Source: Prasinococcaceae sp. CCMP 1430 (lineage: Eukaryota; Plantae; Prasinodermophyta). From it: a stretch of 64,000 nucleotides of DNA. The notes beneath the pieces were generated by a model. That model did not search any database. It was given only the letters and a program-made list of their open reading frames with translations, and was not told where the DNA came from. Numbering within the stretch: position 1 is the stretch's first letter; each line of letters starts with the position of its first letter. Positions 34,146-46,933 of this stretch are shown here, piece by piece. The translations under genes were made by a program, and so were the position numbers. The DNA lies in contig RQSC01000016.1 in NCBI GenBank assembly GCA_013416795.1, forward strand, positions 170,560 through 234,559, read 5' to 3'.

Positions 34146-35968
34146 ATGGCGCCCTCGGACAAGCCGATCATGCGCCAGGGCACGCCCCTGCGCGGCGCGC
34201 AGGCTCCGGACTCTGATGACGAAGGCGACGGCCTGCGCGCGCCTTTCATCATCGGCGTCGCGGGAGGCACGGCGAGCGGCAAGACCACGGTGTGCGACCA
34301 GATCATGCAGAAGCTTGCCAACCAGCGCGTGGTGGTAATCTCGCAGGACTCCTTCTACCGCGGACTCACCGAGGAGGAGCTGGCCAACGTGTCGCAGGTG
34401 CGTGCTAGCAGCGCGCCGCCGCCGCCGCCGCCGCCGCCGCCTCTGTCTGCTAGGCGGCGCCCGGCACTGACGTGCCCACCGCTGCGTATGCGCGCGCTGG
34501 CATGCACACACAGTACAACTTCGACCACCCCGACGCGTTCGACAACAAGGAGCTGGCAGATGTGCTGCGCAAGATCAAGACGGGCTCGGCCGTCGAAGTG
34601 CCTGAGTATGACTTCGTCACCCACCAGCGCTCGACCGACGTGCGCCTGCTGCCCAAGGGCATTGATGTGGTCATCATGGAAGGCATCCTGGTTTTCCACG
34701 ACGAGAGTGCGCGCAACCTCATGAACATGAAGGTGTGCGCGCGCGCACGCGCCGCGTGTGCGTGCTGCAGGCGCCGCGCGCTCGTGTGTGCGTGGCGCCG
34801 CGAAAGGGCCGCGAAGAACTCTCACGACGCAGGCTCGTGCACGCCCGTGCGTCGCTGACTCCCGCGCGCGCGGCGGCCCGTGCAGATCTTCGTCGACACC
34901 GACGCCGACACGCGCCTGGCGCGCCGCATCAAAAGGGACACCGTGAGCCGCGGCCGCAGCGTCGAGGGCGTCATCGAGCAGTACGCCAAATTTGTGCGTC
35001 GACAGCGCGTGAGCGCCCACGTGCCCGCGCCGCCCACGTCTGCTGCGCACGTCAATCCCGCGCCTGTGTGCGTGCAGCACGCTGACGCCACCCCTGTCTT
35101 CGGTCTGTAGGTCAAGCCCATGTTCGACCAGTTCGTGGCACCGACGAAGAAGTACGCCGACATCATCGTGCCGCGCGGCGGCGAAAATCCGGTGGCTGTT
35201 GATCTCATCACGCAGCACATCCTCCTCAAGCTTGGGCAGAACGACCTGCGCAAGCACTACCCGCGCCTGGTGATCATGCCCTCGAACTTCCAGACCAAGG
35301 GCATGCACACCATCATCCGCGCGCACAACACCGCGCGTGACGACTTCGTGTTCTACTCGGACAGGCTGATCAGGCTCGTAGTGGAGCACGGTCTGGGCAG
35401 CTTTCCCTTTTCGGAGACACACGTCACCACTCCCGTTGGCTGTCACTACACGGGTGTGGATTTCGCAAAGCGCATCTGTGGCGTCTCAATCATCCGCTCG
35501 GGCGAGTCTATGGAGAACGCCCTGCGCGCATGCTGCAAGGGCGTCAAGATCGGCAAAATGCTCGTGCAGCGCGACGATCAGGGCGCAGGCTCCAAGGTGC
35601 TCTACTCACGCCTGCCCCAGGACATCGCCGATCGTCACGTGCTTCTGCTCGATCCCATCCTGGCGACGGGGAACTCGGTCATCGCCACCATCGCTAAGCT
35701 CATCGAGTGCGGCGTGCGCCAGGAGCGCATCGTCTTCATATCGCTCATCGCCGCACCGGAGGGCGTCAAGAACCTCTTCGCAGCCTTCCCGTCGATCACC
35801 ATCGTAACCACCGAGGTCGACGAGGGCCTCGATGGCCAAGGACAGGTCGTGCCTGGCATCGGCAATTTCGGCGACAGGTACTTCGGAACGGAGGACGAGG
35901 TTGGTGGCTCATGTCCGGCACGCTCGAACGGCCTGGCACGCCTCGAGCGCTCCAGCAGCGAGCACTAA
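34146..35968 (+). CDS. Uridine kinase/UPRT-like bifunctional protein (UKL/UCKL1); exons 34146-34397, 34514-34732, 34886-34993, 35111-35968
   Basis: [42 protein letters not shown], and in the UPRT half [15 protein letters not shown] and [12 protein letters not shown]. Confidence 0.95.
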
Positions 35969-36189
35969 GGCAGTGCGAGCGTGCAGGCTGTGGCAATGCG
36001 CTCCGCCTCGGCGGCGACGCCGAGCGCGCGCGAGGGGGGCGCGCCTTGGCGCCGCTGTCGCCCTCTGTCGCTTCCGAGCGCAGAGGGTCGAATCGTAACA
36101 TATATGCATAATTATGACCATCTTCCCGGGCGCCTGCGCCAGTGGTGCGGCCATGGACATCAGCTCCTGCGTATCGCTGCCGCGCCATG

Positions 36190-39100
36190 CTACAAATCCG
36201 AGGTGAGCGCGCCGTCCCTGCACAGGCTCATCAGCGCACCCTCGAGCACATACTCGGCGAACTCCTGGAACTCGGGCATCGCCATCACCGCGGCGTCCGC
36301 CGCGGCGTTGGCCTCGGCTTGCCGTTTCGCGAGCACCTCGGCGCTCTCAGCGTCTTCAGGTACGCCGCCGGGCCTCTCCCAAGAGGTGATGGACTCGTAC
36401 GCGGGCACGGTGTGATGCGGTGGGTCAGCGAGGGCTTCGCGAACGGCGTCGCTCACCAGCACGCCGCCGACCATCCGCTTAAGCATGGCGGCCACGAATA
36501 CACTCTCATCCGCGGTGGTTTCGGCGTCACGACCAAGTGCTGCTGCCAGCGGCGTCAAACGACTCGCGGCCTGTGGCTGCAGTTGCGGGGTCATGGCCGC
36601 GCCCATCAGCGAGCGAAAGTGGCTGGCCGAGAGCACCGAGGCCTCGATCCCGAGCAGCAGCACGAGCGGCTCAGCGCCTGCGTGGCCCATAGTGCTCATG
36701 GGTTCATCGGCGAAGAACGACATGCCCTCCGAGTCGGCAGTGGGCGGGACACCACCCGATTGCGCTCGAGTGGCCATCGACGTGGCAGTGCGCATGCGCA
36801 GCGAGGGGTATCGCCGCACCATCGACTCGGTGCCGCACTCAACGACCGACAGTCGCGGGCCAAGCACGCGCGGCGGGCGTTGGTACGGCGCATCGATGGC
36901 CAGAACTTCCTCGCATTCGCCGTCGGTGACGTCTCCGTCGCTACTGAAAGCGTCCGACGTGTGCTCGCCACCGTCGTGTCCGCCGTCGATGCCCATCGCG
37001 CTCGCGTCGCTTGTCCGTCTGGAGGTGCGCCCCACCGAGCCATTGTCATTGCGTTGAAGCTCGCCCACGTGCGTGAACACGCACGCCGCCTGCACCTCAA
37101 ATACCTCGGGCATCGATGCGCTGAGCGTCACCTCGCACGTGGAAGAAGCGCCCCCCGCCAGCGTGCCCTGCATGGGCGACACACGTATGTCCGCCGCCAG
37201 GCGACGTGCGCTCGTGAGGTCCCACTGGAAGGCTAGAGGCGCCGAGCTCGTGTTGGTGACTTTCACCACACGGTAAGAGCGACCATGCGCGCACACAGGC
37301 CCAAATGCCGCCACGGTCGTGCTGAGGCGTGCGCGTTGACCCTCGACTTCGAGTGTCTGCATGGGTGTAAAGCATTGCCACTCGGACTTGGGTAAAGGCG
37401 CCGCGCAGCCCGCTGGCGGGGCCGATGGCTCAGTACCAGGGTGGCCGTGCGCGTCCCGCTCTGGGATGTACCCCTCTGCCACCAGGCTGAGCGTGGCCTC
37501 ATAGTCATCAGATGCGTCGCCGTCGTCACCACCATCGCCCTCGCTGACCGTGGCGACGGACACGGGGAGGGTGACCTCGTATCGATGCGCCTCGAGGGGT
37601 TGGAAGCGCACCTTGACGTGGTCGGTTGCGCCAGGCTCGAGCACACCCTTTGCTCCCTCGAGCAGCTCGAGCACGCGGAACCCATGGTTCTCCGCTTGCA
37701 GCGCGTCGAGCGCGGCCGTGTCGATCGAGTAAGCAAGCGGTGCCGAGCCCACGTTGCGCAGGGGCAGCAGTTGCGCGGGAGGCTCGTCCTCGCCCAGCGG
37801 GACGGGCAGCAGTGGCGTATCGGGCGAAGGTGTGAGCAGACGTGACGTGTCCAGCGGCAGCGTGCGGCCCACCGTGTTGAGACGTACGCGCTTGCCCCGT
37901 TGAAAGCAGAGCAGCATGGGTATCTCATGAACGCCAGCAATGGAGTGACGATACGTGAAGTCAACTGTGACGGTTGCACCAGGTGCGAGGCTACCACGGC
38001 GGGGCGACACTTCAATGATGCCGTTCTCGATGATGAAGTCCTGCCTGCGGTCGTCCTCGGTCTCCGCCTCACCCACGTCCACCCAATTCTCATTTTCCTG
38101 TTCGCGGTCGCCTCGAAGGTGCAGCGACCAGTTGGCCACGAGCCCCGCCGAGCGGTTGGTAAAAGCCACGCGCACCACAGTGGGCTCATCGCCCTCTGTG
38201 CCCCATCCGAGGTCGAAGGGCAGAGACAGGCCCGCCCCGTCCAGAGCTGACATTGCCATGTCCGCGCTGACGGTGAACGAATGCTTGTTGAGCGACACCT
38301 CGGCTTCAGACAGGTCGCAGCTGAGTTCGGCATTGACGCGGTTGACGGCCAGCTGGCGCCACAGGTCGGCTGCGGCCACACCGCGGCAGAAAACTTCGGT
38401 GACGTGCGCAGTTGGGTACGCGGCATTGCCCTGTAGTGTGACGGCAGGCGGTAGCTCGGCACCCTCGCCCTCGGCTGCGTCGATCGCCGACGCCGAGGTG
38501 CGTTCAGTGGATGAGATACACCGGAGCGAGTACTTGACGCGCTTGCGCTCGGCACACTTGACGCTCACGACGACGCTCTTGAACGCGCGCGCGGGGAGCG
38601 CGCCTGCGGGTGCGTCAAAGGTCACGTCTGCCGCCTCGCCGCCCTTCTCCTCGTCCACTGCCACCAAGCGGTACTGCATGTTGCCATCGCTCTGGTTGAG
38701 CAGCGTGATCGGCGCCTGGTATTGCTGGCCCACGAAGAGCGCACCGAGGTCGACACTCGATGGTTCGACTGTGATCGCACCAACGGTGGCCTTGCCGTGC
38801 ACGCTCACCGACAGCGAGTCAGAAACCACGCTCGCGCCCACAGCCGCCACCTCGCAGGTGATTTTGCCTGAAAGTGGCTTGTGCCTGCGAGGCGAATAGG
38901 TGATGCGCACGGGGTGGCGCTCATTTCCCCTCATGGTGCCGCTCGAGGGCTCCACGCTGACGGACTCAGCGAGCCTCGGCGGCACCGTCCACGCAAACTC
39001 GACGGGCGTGCGGCTCTTGTTGTGCAGTGTGACTTCTCGGCGTGACACCGCGCCCACGCACGTCGGCTTGAACGACAGCGAGTTGGCGATGATGCCCTCG

Positions 39101-41568
39101 ATGTCGAGCGTGGGCTTGTGTGCAGCGCCGTGCAGCGGCAGATTGATCGCTGAGCTATTGTTCAGCACAACGGCGGCGCGCTCGGAGATGTGGCACGGCG
39201 CACCCGCCTTGAAGCGCAGCGCGATGAGTTGGAACCCGCGCGCGGGGATGACGCCCTTGCGCGGGCGGGCCGTGAACGCTCGCCCGAGCGCTGCGTCTTG
39301 CACCTCGTAGCGCACAGGCGTGTCACCGGCATTGTTTAGCTGTACTACCTGATGGGCAGCCTTTCCCACCTCGGAGGGCGTGAAATGCACACGCGTGGGG
39401 ACGAAGGCTGCTTTGGGTGTGAACGCTTCACCCGCGCCCGCCGTGAAGGTATGCCCGGTGCAGTGCACAGCTGCGTGCCATGGCGGCACGAACGCGCCCT
39501 CGGCCACCAGTCGGAAGTTGCGCATGGTCTTGACATACGCCGTGCACTCGAGCGTCTGCGCGTAGTAGCAGCCGCTCGATCGCGGGCGAAAGGCTACACG
39601 GAAGGTTGCGCTGCCACCGGAACTCACGTCGGCTTCCTCGGGGTGGACCACGAAGGCGCGCTGCGACTCGGGCAGCTCATGGGTCTTGCTTGTGCTGGCT
39701 GCGGTGCCGCCGTCGACGCGCGTCCACTGAACGGTGATCTTGGCGCCGGTGGTGTTGGTTACACGCAGCTCGCGGTGGTCGCCCGCTCCCATCGGGTCCG
39801 CACCACCGAACTCGAGGTCCGATACGTCGAGGCGTACGGGCGCGTCGTCCTCGGTGCCGGCGGCGAAGTACTCAGCCCATGAGGGCTCCTCTGCGAGCTT
39901 GTTGATGGTGCCCGTCGCTGCGGCGTGCGCGGCCACGTCACCGGCATTGAAGGGCGGCGGGCGCACCGCGTCGCTGAAGCACGTGCCCATAAGTGCGACT
40001 TTCAGCACCTCTCCGCTATCGCGCACCAGGGCGTGGTGCGTCTGCATGAAGTTTGCCGGCGAGTCCGGCGCGAAGGTGACGGTCACGTGCGCCGATCCGC
40101 CTGGTGGCAACACGCCGCTGCCGGGCGAGGAAAATTGTCCCTTGCCAAACCCCGTGCTTTTGCTCAGGCGGAAGACGCCCTGCCCAGGCAGCGCCAACTG
40201 GAAGGTTGCTGGCGAGTCCCTGTTATTGTTGTGTACGTGGAGCACCTTTGACGCGTGGTCGCCTGCGCGCACATCGCCAAAGTCCAGCACCGACGGCGTG
40301 AGCGACATCGAGGGCCCAACAGCCGTGCCCGAAACTGAGAGCGCAGATGTCGTGCATGCCCCCGCTGTGCGCAGCATGAACTGCTCGCACGAGTACGTGC
40401 CAGCGCTCTTAGGGGCGTAGCTTACGCGCAGCGGCGCGCACTCGCCGGGAAGCAGCGTACCCGTCGCTGGTGAAAGCGAGAAGAAGCAATCGCTGGCGGG
40501 CGCGCTGCTTGCGCCGCCGGCGTCGCCGTCCCGGCGCACTGCCGAGTAGCTCGCCGGGACTAAGCCCACGTTTGTGAGGCGCACCTCGCGCTCAGCAACC
40601 TGGCCGACGAGCACCTCGCCGAAGTCGGCCTCGGCGCCGGCGAGCGACAAGTAGGGGTACTTGCCAATGCCCTTGATGTGCATTGAGCAACTCACGTTCG
40701 GCAAGCCCACGACGACGCATGTCGCAGTGGCCACGTGCACCGACGCATCCGACGGCATGAAGGTGGCCGTAAGTGCGGCTGTTTCGCCCGGTGCGAGCGA
40801 TCCACGAGTGGGCTCAACAGTGAACGGCGCGTCGACTTCCCACTCGTATTCGATCGCCACCTCGCCAGCGTTGCTGAGAGTGAGTGGGCGCTCGGCGAGC
40901 TCGCGACATGCGCAGAAGCCGAAGTCCACCGCATCCGGCGCCGCGAGCGCTGCCTGCGGTAGCGCAGCGCGCACTGGGATCGTGAATGAAGCCCAACCCG
41001 CACCTTCCGTTGCGAGGGCAGCCACGCTGAATTCTATGCTATCTTCGTATCGCTCTTTGCGGATGGGACAGAACGAGACAGCCACGCTGCAGCTCATGCC
41101 GGGGCTCAATCTGCGTAGTGCGGCGACACGTGCGGCAGGTCAGCGCACACGTGGGAGCGAGCGGGCGACGGGCGACGACGTGGCAGCGCGCGGGCCAACG
41201 CACGCAGGCGCCTGCGCGCGGACGGGCCATTGCAGGTGCACGTGCGCGCGCGCGCATTCGCACCTGATGGTTTCTGGGAACTCCATGCTGAAATACTTGG
41301 TTGCCGGCAGCTTGTAGCGCAGCCTGACGCTCTTCGTGCTAAGGTTCTTGACGAGTAGCGTCTTGTGATACTCGCCGCCGGGCGACCAGTTGCGCCACTC
41401 AAGCGAGTCGGCGCAGTCGATCCCGAAGAGTGCCGTGCGGTCCTCGCGCGAGAGCGGCGCGGGCAGTGCTTGCGCTCGGACCGTCGGTGCCGCTTTCGTG
41501 ACACTGCGGGCCGGCGGCGCGGCGCCTGCGGCGGTGTGCGGAGAGGCGACCATCACCGCTGGAGGCAT
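36190..41568 (-). CDS. CFAP65: Cilia- and flagella-associated protein 65 (CCDC108/FAP65), repeated ASH/PapD-like Ig domains; exons ~41264-41568 and 36190-41110
   Basis: W..W..G.EYHKTLLVKN...RYKLPATKYFSMEFPETI|RLSPGMSCSVAVSFCPI, repeated DFG...L.N.G Ig units, GIGKYPYL and RTMRNFRLV-like motifs. Confidence 0.85.
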
Positions 41569-42609
41569 TGCGGGGCTCTGTTTCTCGTTCTGCTCGATCA
41601 CGCGCGACTGCGCCGTGCTCTCCCTCTCTACCTGTGTTCCGCGCCGGCCGTGCACGCGATGCAGACAGCTGCAAGCTCGCGGCGTCAGGCGCCAGCGCGC
41701 ACGTGCGCGCGCGCGCGCGCGCGCGCGCGCCCGCTCCCNGCCCCGCCGGCGCGCCAGCGCCCCCGCCGCACCCCGCCAGAGGCTCACCCCGCGGCGGTGC
41801 CCAGCAGCAGCAGAGGCAGCCGGCCGGCGGCCCCTCCGTCGGCCGGTCGGTCGGTCCGTCGCGTCGGGCGTGCGTCCGCCCGGGGAACGCAGCGCGCGCG
41901 GCCGGATCGGGAAACGCGGCCCTGCCCGGCGCCTCCGCCCACCTCCCCATCAAACATTCGGTTCGATGGCCGCTGCGAGACGCCTCGCGCCGACGCCACG
42001 ATCCTCGATTCTGGATCGATCGCGGCATCCGCGCCGGCGACGCGCGGGCGGAGCCGCGCGCGCGCGGGGCGGCGCAACCCTAAAAAAAATAAAAAAAAAA
42101 AAAAAAAAAAAACGGCTGCCGTGAGCGCAGCGGGAGCTGAAGGTTACGGGTGGGTCGCGGCAGGGGGGCGGGGTGAGGGGGGAGAGGGGACGGGGGAGGC
42201 TTGCAGGCGCCACAGCGCGCGCGCGCGCGCGCGTGCGTCGGGGTGGGGGTTGGGGTCGAGTGGAAGGCGGAGGAGGTGGGAGTGCGGCTGACGCGCCTCG
42301 TGCGCTGGCGGGCGCGGCGCGGCGCGGCGCGGGGGTGGCGCCCGGTGCAGGCGTGGGCGACCGTGTGTTGGGGCGGTGCGCGCGCGCGCGTGCCCGTGTG
42401 TGTGTGTGCGCTCTGATTCGTGCGGGGGGAGGGAGGCGGGGAATCAGTGAGGTGACGGAGCTTATCAGACACCCTGGGGACACGCCGCGCCGGTGCAGTG
42501 CGCCGCAGCGTACCGTGACTGCCGTGCTGCGCGACGGGAGCTCTGGCCCGACAGTCTCCGTCGCTGCTGTAAGCTTGCATCGAGCGGGCAGCGCGTGGAT
42601 ATCGCTGAG

Positions 42610-44655
42610 ATGGAGAGCATGGCAAGGGAGGTGCGTCGACGCGCCTCCGCCGCCCTGCGATGCGGGCGGTGTGCCATGCGGTGTGGCGAAGAGCGCTGAC
42701 GCCTCGCGAAAACTCACGCCTGGGTGCTCGCGTGCTGTGTGCTCGCATGTGTGTGCGTTCTCGCATCGCAGGACATGACGCAAGACGACTTACAAAAGGC
42801 CCTCGACAGCCTCGACGATGCCACGAGGCTAAAATTAGACGTAGATGGCGATGGCGAAATCAACGTGGTCGAGTATGAGGCGTTCCTGCGTCGCGCGGAG
42901 GCGGAGCGCTTTGAGATCGCAGAGCTGACGCAGCTGTTGTCGCCCGAGGAGCTCGCGCTGGTGGATGTCGATGGCGACGGCGAAGTCTCGATTGAGGAAT
43001 ACCGCGCGTACCTCGCTGCCCGCGGCACCTTCTTCATATATATGCGCCAGTCGGCATCCGGACGCTGCCGACGAGTGTTGTGGAACGGCACGTCGCGCGC
43101 AGAGCTCCTAGCCCTGTACCTAGACAACTTCTACCCGACCTTTGAGCGGCAGGCGCAGATGGGCAGCTTGTCGTCGCCAGGCCGAAGGTCGTTTAGGACG
43201 AGGCAGGTGGTGGACATAGATGCAGATGTCCGGCGACCGGCCGATGTGCGTTTCGTGCTTCAACACTCGCGATTTGGCGTCTGCTTCACCAACTTTAATC
43301 TCAACGACATCAAAGAGGGCTGCATGCTTTGCGCCCAAGAGATCTTCGCCGACGCGTCGCCGGGTACGATCAGTGCGCAGACGTCGCGCAACGAGAATGA
43401 AGGGGAGGCCTCGGGTGACGGCACCACGCTCTCCCTGCGCGAGCGCGTCTGGATGACGCTGGACGATCCGCTGTTCTCGCCCACCGCTACGGCCATCTTC
43501 GTGTCGATGATGGTCCTCATCGTGCTCTCGACGGTCACTTTCTGCATCGATACCATGCCGCGCATATACGATCACAGCGGGTCGTTCTCTCACCCGCTGG
43601 TGATCATCGAGGCTGTCTGCATTGCGATATTCACCGCCGAGCTCGCCGCACGGTTCTGGGCGTGCCCGGACCGCCGGAGCTTTTCCCGGGACACCATGAA
43701 TCTCATAGATCTTGTGGCGGTCGTACCGTTCTACATCGAGCTCATAGCCACAGGCGTGGAGGTGCCGGGGCTGGCCGTGCTGCGTGTCTTTCGCCTCGTG
43801 CGGGTGTTCCGCCTTTTCAAGATGAATCGTGGGCCCGTGCAAGTGTTTGCGTCGACGATGGAACGCTCGGCTAGGCCGCTGTACATGCTGCTGTTTTTCG
43901 TGCTCATCGCGCTGGTCGTCTTTTCCAGTTTGCTCTATTTTGTGGAGACGCCGGTGTACGATGACGGCCTGCGCTCGCACGTGCGACACGTCGGCTGGGA
44001 GTGCGATTTCACGTTCGCGTACGAACCGCCGCTGCGCTACTCAGTGCTCGATGCCACGCAGCGTGAGCGCAACTCGGGGCTCGACGACCCATGCGTGCTC
44101 CTCCCGCTCGAACAGCAGGATGTTGATGCGTTGGCCGCCGATGCGGATGCTGCGGACCCGCTGCTCCCACACGCGTACTACCGCTGCCCTTCGACGTACA
44201 GCAATGGAAACAATTGCGCCAAGGTGTGGGAGGAAACGCCGTTCGAATCCATCCCGGCCACCATGTGGTTCTCGCTCGAGACCATGACGAGTCTTGGCTA
44301 CGGTGACTTCGTGCCAGTGTCGGCGCTGGGCAAATCGCTGTGCATGTTCATCATGGCCAGCGGCCTGCTTGTGCTCTCCCTCCCAATCAGCGTGGTGGGC
44401 AACAACTTCACAACAGTGTACCAGTACATGCAGATGCAGGAGCGCAGGGAGAAGCTGGCCGAGCAGAATCGTTTGGCGCGCGAGGAGGAGGCTGCTCTTG
44501 CGACCAAACAGCGCAGCGCCAGGCGCCAAAGTCTGCTTGGTTCGGTCGGGAAGGCGCTCCTCAGCGAGCGGCCCGTGAAGAGGGCGGTCGGCTCGGCGGC
44601 ACACACTGAATACAACAGGAAAGCCAGGTCGCCCAAAGCTGCGGGGGGCGAATGA
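42610..44655 (+). CDS. Voltage-gated K+ channel (Shaker/Kv-type 6TM) with two N-terminal EF-hands; probable exons 42610-42630 and 42772-44655
   Basis: EF loops DVDGDGEINVVE and DVDGDGEVSIEE; S4 LRVFRLVRVFRLFK; pore SIPATMWFSLETMTSLGYGDFVP; S6 LSLPISVVGNNF. Confidence 0.93.
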
Positions 44656-44926
44656 CACGAATGCATCAGAATCCCCACGATGTAGTAATACAGCAGGCGT
44701 GATGGCGGCGTCCAAGCACCCCACCAACCGCCTCGTCGCCGACGACTTGCCCCTCGCCGCGCGCGCCCTTCGCAGCCCGCAGGCGTAGCTTCCCCACGCC
44801 CTCGAGCACCCCCGAGCCCATCGCCTCCGCGCTCCCGCGAACACGGCGAAGTCGGTAGCGGAGAGCCTCGAGAGAGCGCAGGGCGTGCGTTGCGTCCAAC
44901 CCTGATCAAAGCTCACGCGAGGATGT

Positions 44927-46582
44927 GTGGGGTCGCACACACACACAACACTTTGGCCGACCCGGATGACGTCTACCGCGCTCGCGGCGGCACTGGGGGC
45001 GCGCGTGGCGCCCCCTTCCCCCCACCCCGCACTGCCCTCGTGGCGGCAGCCGCGGTCGTGGCGGCGGCGGCCATGTCCGCGGCGCCCAGCGCTGGGCCCC
45101 ACGTCAGCGGGCGCGTGGCGAAGCGCCGATGGCGCCGATGGCGGGGGGGGCGGCGGCGGCAGTGAGGGCGGCGGGCGAGGGCGCGGCCGCGGCCGCGGCC
45201 GCGATGACAGGGCTCAAGGTGGACGAGGTGGAGGTGGAAGGGGCCAGGTGAACCAGCGAGGCCAGTCGCGCGAGCATGCTCAAGCGCGTCAGCAGCACGC
45301 GCCTGAAACACATGACGACGCGCCCGCCGGAGCGCGCAAGCCACCGCGCGCTCCGCGCGGCCCGCCGCCAGTGAAGCTCGTGCTGCGCGGTGTGCCGTCG
45401 ACTGCGACCCCCACTGCGCTACGCGAGGAACTCGAGAAGCTCGCCGATGCGCCGCTCGTGTGGCTCAGAGCCTATGGTTGTGCGCGCGACGCCGCGGTAG
45501 ACGCTGCCGCCGATGACGACAACGGCGATGGCGATGACCGTGACGGCCATGAGAGCGAGGACCAGGCGATGGGTGTGGGTGAGGGAGAGGAGGATGGAGA
45601 AGGCAGAGATGAAAGCGACGTGGGCACGCACGTGCCAGAAACACCAGCAGCGCCTGTGACGTACACCGGCCGTGTGTACATTGGTGTCCGCGCTGCAGCG
45701 GACGCGGTCGCGCTCGCAGACGCCGTGGCAGCGTGCGGCCTTGCTGGCACTGGCGGCGGGCGGGTGACCGCCGAGTGGGCTCCGTACCAATTCGTTCCAC
45801 CACCGATGAAGCGGGACAGACACGAGGGACGCATCGAGCAGGATGCCGAATACTTGCAATTCGTGGCCAAACTCAAGGAGGACCACGCCCGCACCGAGGC
45901 CAGCGGCAGTGGCGCGACAAACGTTGGTGCCGCTGGTGTGCCCCTGGCTGGTGGCGATCATGATGCCGCCACCGGCGAGGTCGTCACGTCGCTCATGCAC
46001 TTCCTTCGGACCAAACAGGCGCGCGCGAGCAGGCGGGGAGAGAAGGCATCGAAGGCAGCAGCCAGAAAGGGAGCGAGGAGTGCGCACCAGCACCAGCAGC
46101 AACGCGTGGGAAAGGACAAGCAGCACGGGAAGGGATCGACTAAGGGCAAAGTCGCACAGAAGCAGCAGGCCGCGTCGAGCCCGCGGCAGCAGCATCAACT
46201 CCATCCGCAGCCCCAGCAGCCCGGGCGACGCAGGGATGGAGACGGAGGCGCGCAAAAGCAGTCCGCTGCCGCCCCGGTGGTCATGGTGAAACGCAAGTCC
46301 TCGCAGCCGCCCAGGCCGCCTTCGAAGCTGCAGCAGCAACCCAAGGAGAGCGAGGCCAAGCCGCAGCAGGCGAAGCAGAACGGCGGCGGGCGTCCAGGAT
46401 CGGCAAAGTCCCAGGGGAGCAAGCCGCCGCCGTCGCTGATGCGGTCCTCGCAGGACAAGGCGAAAGGCCAGGCGCCGCCGGTGGTCCTTCACCGCAGGCC
46501 CGAAGGCGCGGCACAGCCATCGTCTGCAAAGCAGCCGAACGCTGCGCCCACGTTGCTCAAGCGACGACCTACCGCATCGTGA
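44927..46582 (+). CDS. UPF3: Nonsense-mediated decay factor UPF3 (Smg4/UPF3 RRM); start uncertain
   Basis: VKLVLRGVP...GRVYIG...AEWAPYQFVP...RDRHEGRIEQDAEYLQFVAKL...VTSLMHFL, followed by a basic low-complexity tail. Confidence 0.8.
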   Translation: MGSHTHTTLWPTRMTSTALAAALGARVAPPSPHPALPSWRQPRSWRRRPCPRRPALGPTSAGAWRSADGADGGGGGGGSEGGGRGRGRGRGRDDRAQGGRGGGGRGQVNQRGQSREHAQARQQHAPETHDDAPAGARKPPRAPRGPPPVKLVLRGVPSTATPTALREELEKLADAPLVWLRAYGCARDAAVDAAADDDNGDGDDRDGHESEDQAMGVGEGEEDGEGRDESDVGTHVPETPAAPVTYTGRVYIGVRAAADAVALADAVAACGLAGTGGGRVTAEWAPYQFVPPPMKRDRHEGRIEQDAEYLQFVAKLKEDHARTEASGSGATNVGAAGVPLAGGDHDAATGEVVTSLMHFLRTKQARASRRGEKASKAAARKGARSAHQHQQQRVGKDKQHGKGSTKGKVAQKQQAASSPRQQHQLHPQPQQPGRRRDGDGGAQKQSAAAPVVMVKRKSSQPPRPPSKLQQQPKESEAKPQQAKQNGGGRPGSAKSQGSKPPPSLMRSSQDKAKGQAPPVVLHRRPEGAAQPSSAKQPNAAPTLLKRRPTAS

Positions 46583-46933
46583 CCGCTGCTGCGCACCTGT
46601 AAGGACTCCTCGTCGCCTCGCGGGTCTCGCTGCCGCCAGCCGCGGCGACGCCCGCGCCCGCGCCCGCGCCCGGCGGGTGCGCGCTGCAGTGTCTCCTCCT
46701 CGGTCGGCATCGCCACTCGCCACCCCCCGACCCCTCAGCGGCCGGGTTCGCCGCCTGCGCCGTGCCTCTCCGCGCGCGAACGGCGCACACCGCCCACCCA
46801 CGACATGCGACGTTCGCATTTAGGACACACATGACTACGGGAGACTCTTTTCATTGCGCGCATCACCTGCGGTTTGACACGCCCGAAGCCGAGCGCCGCC
46901 CGCTCCCGGCGTCGCAATGTTGGGGTTATCAAA

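Noticed and set aside
34146-35968. Uridine kinase-UPRT fusion as a novelty
   Set aside because: This is the standard UKL/UCKL1 architecture.
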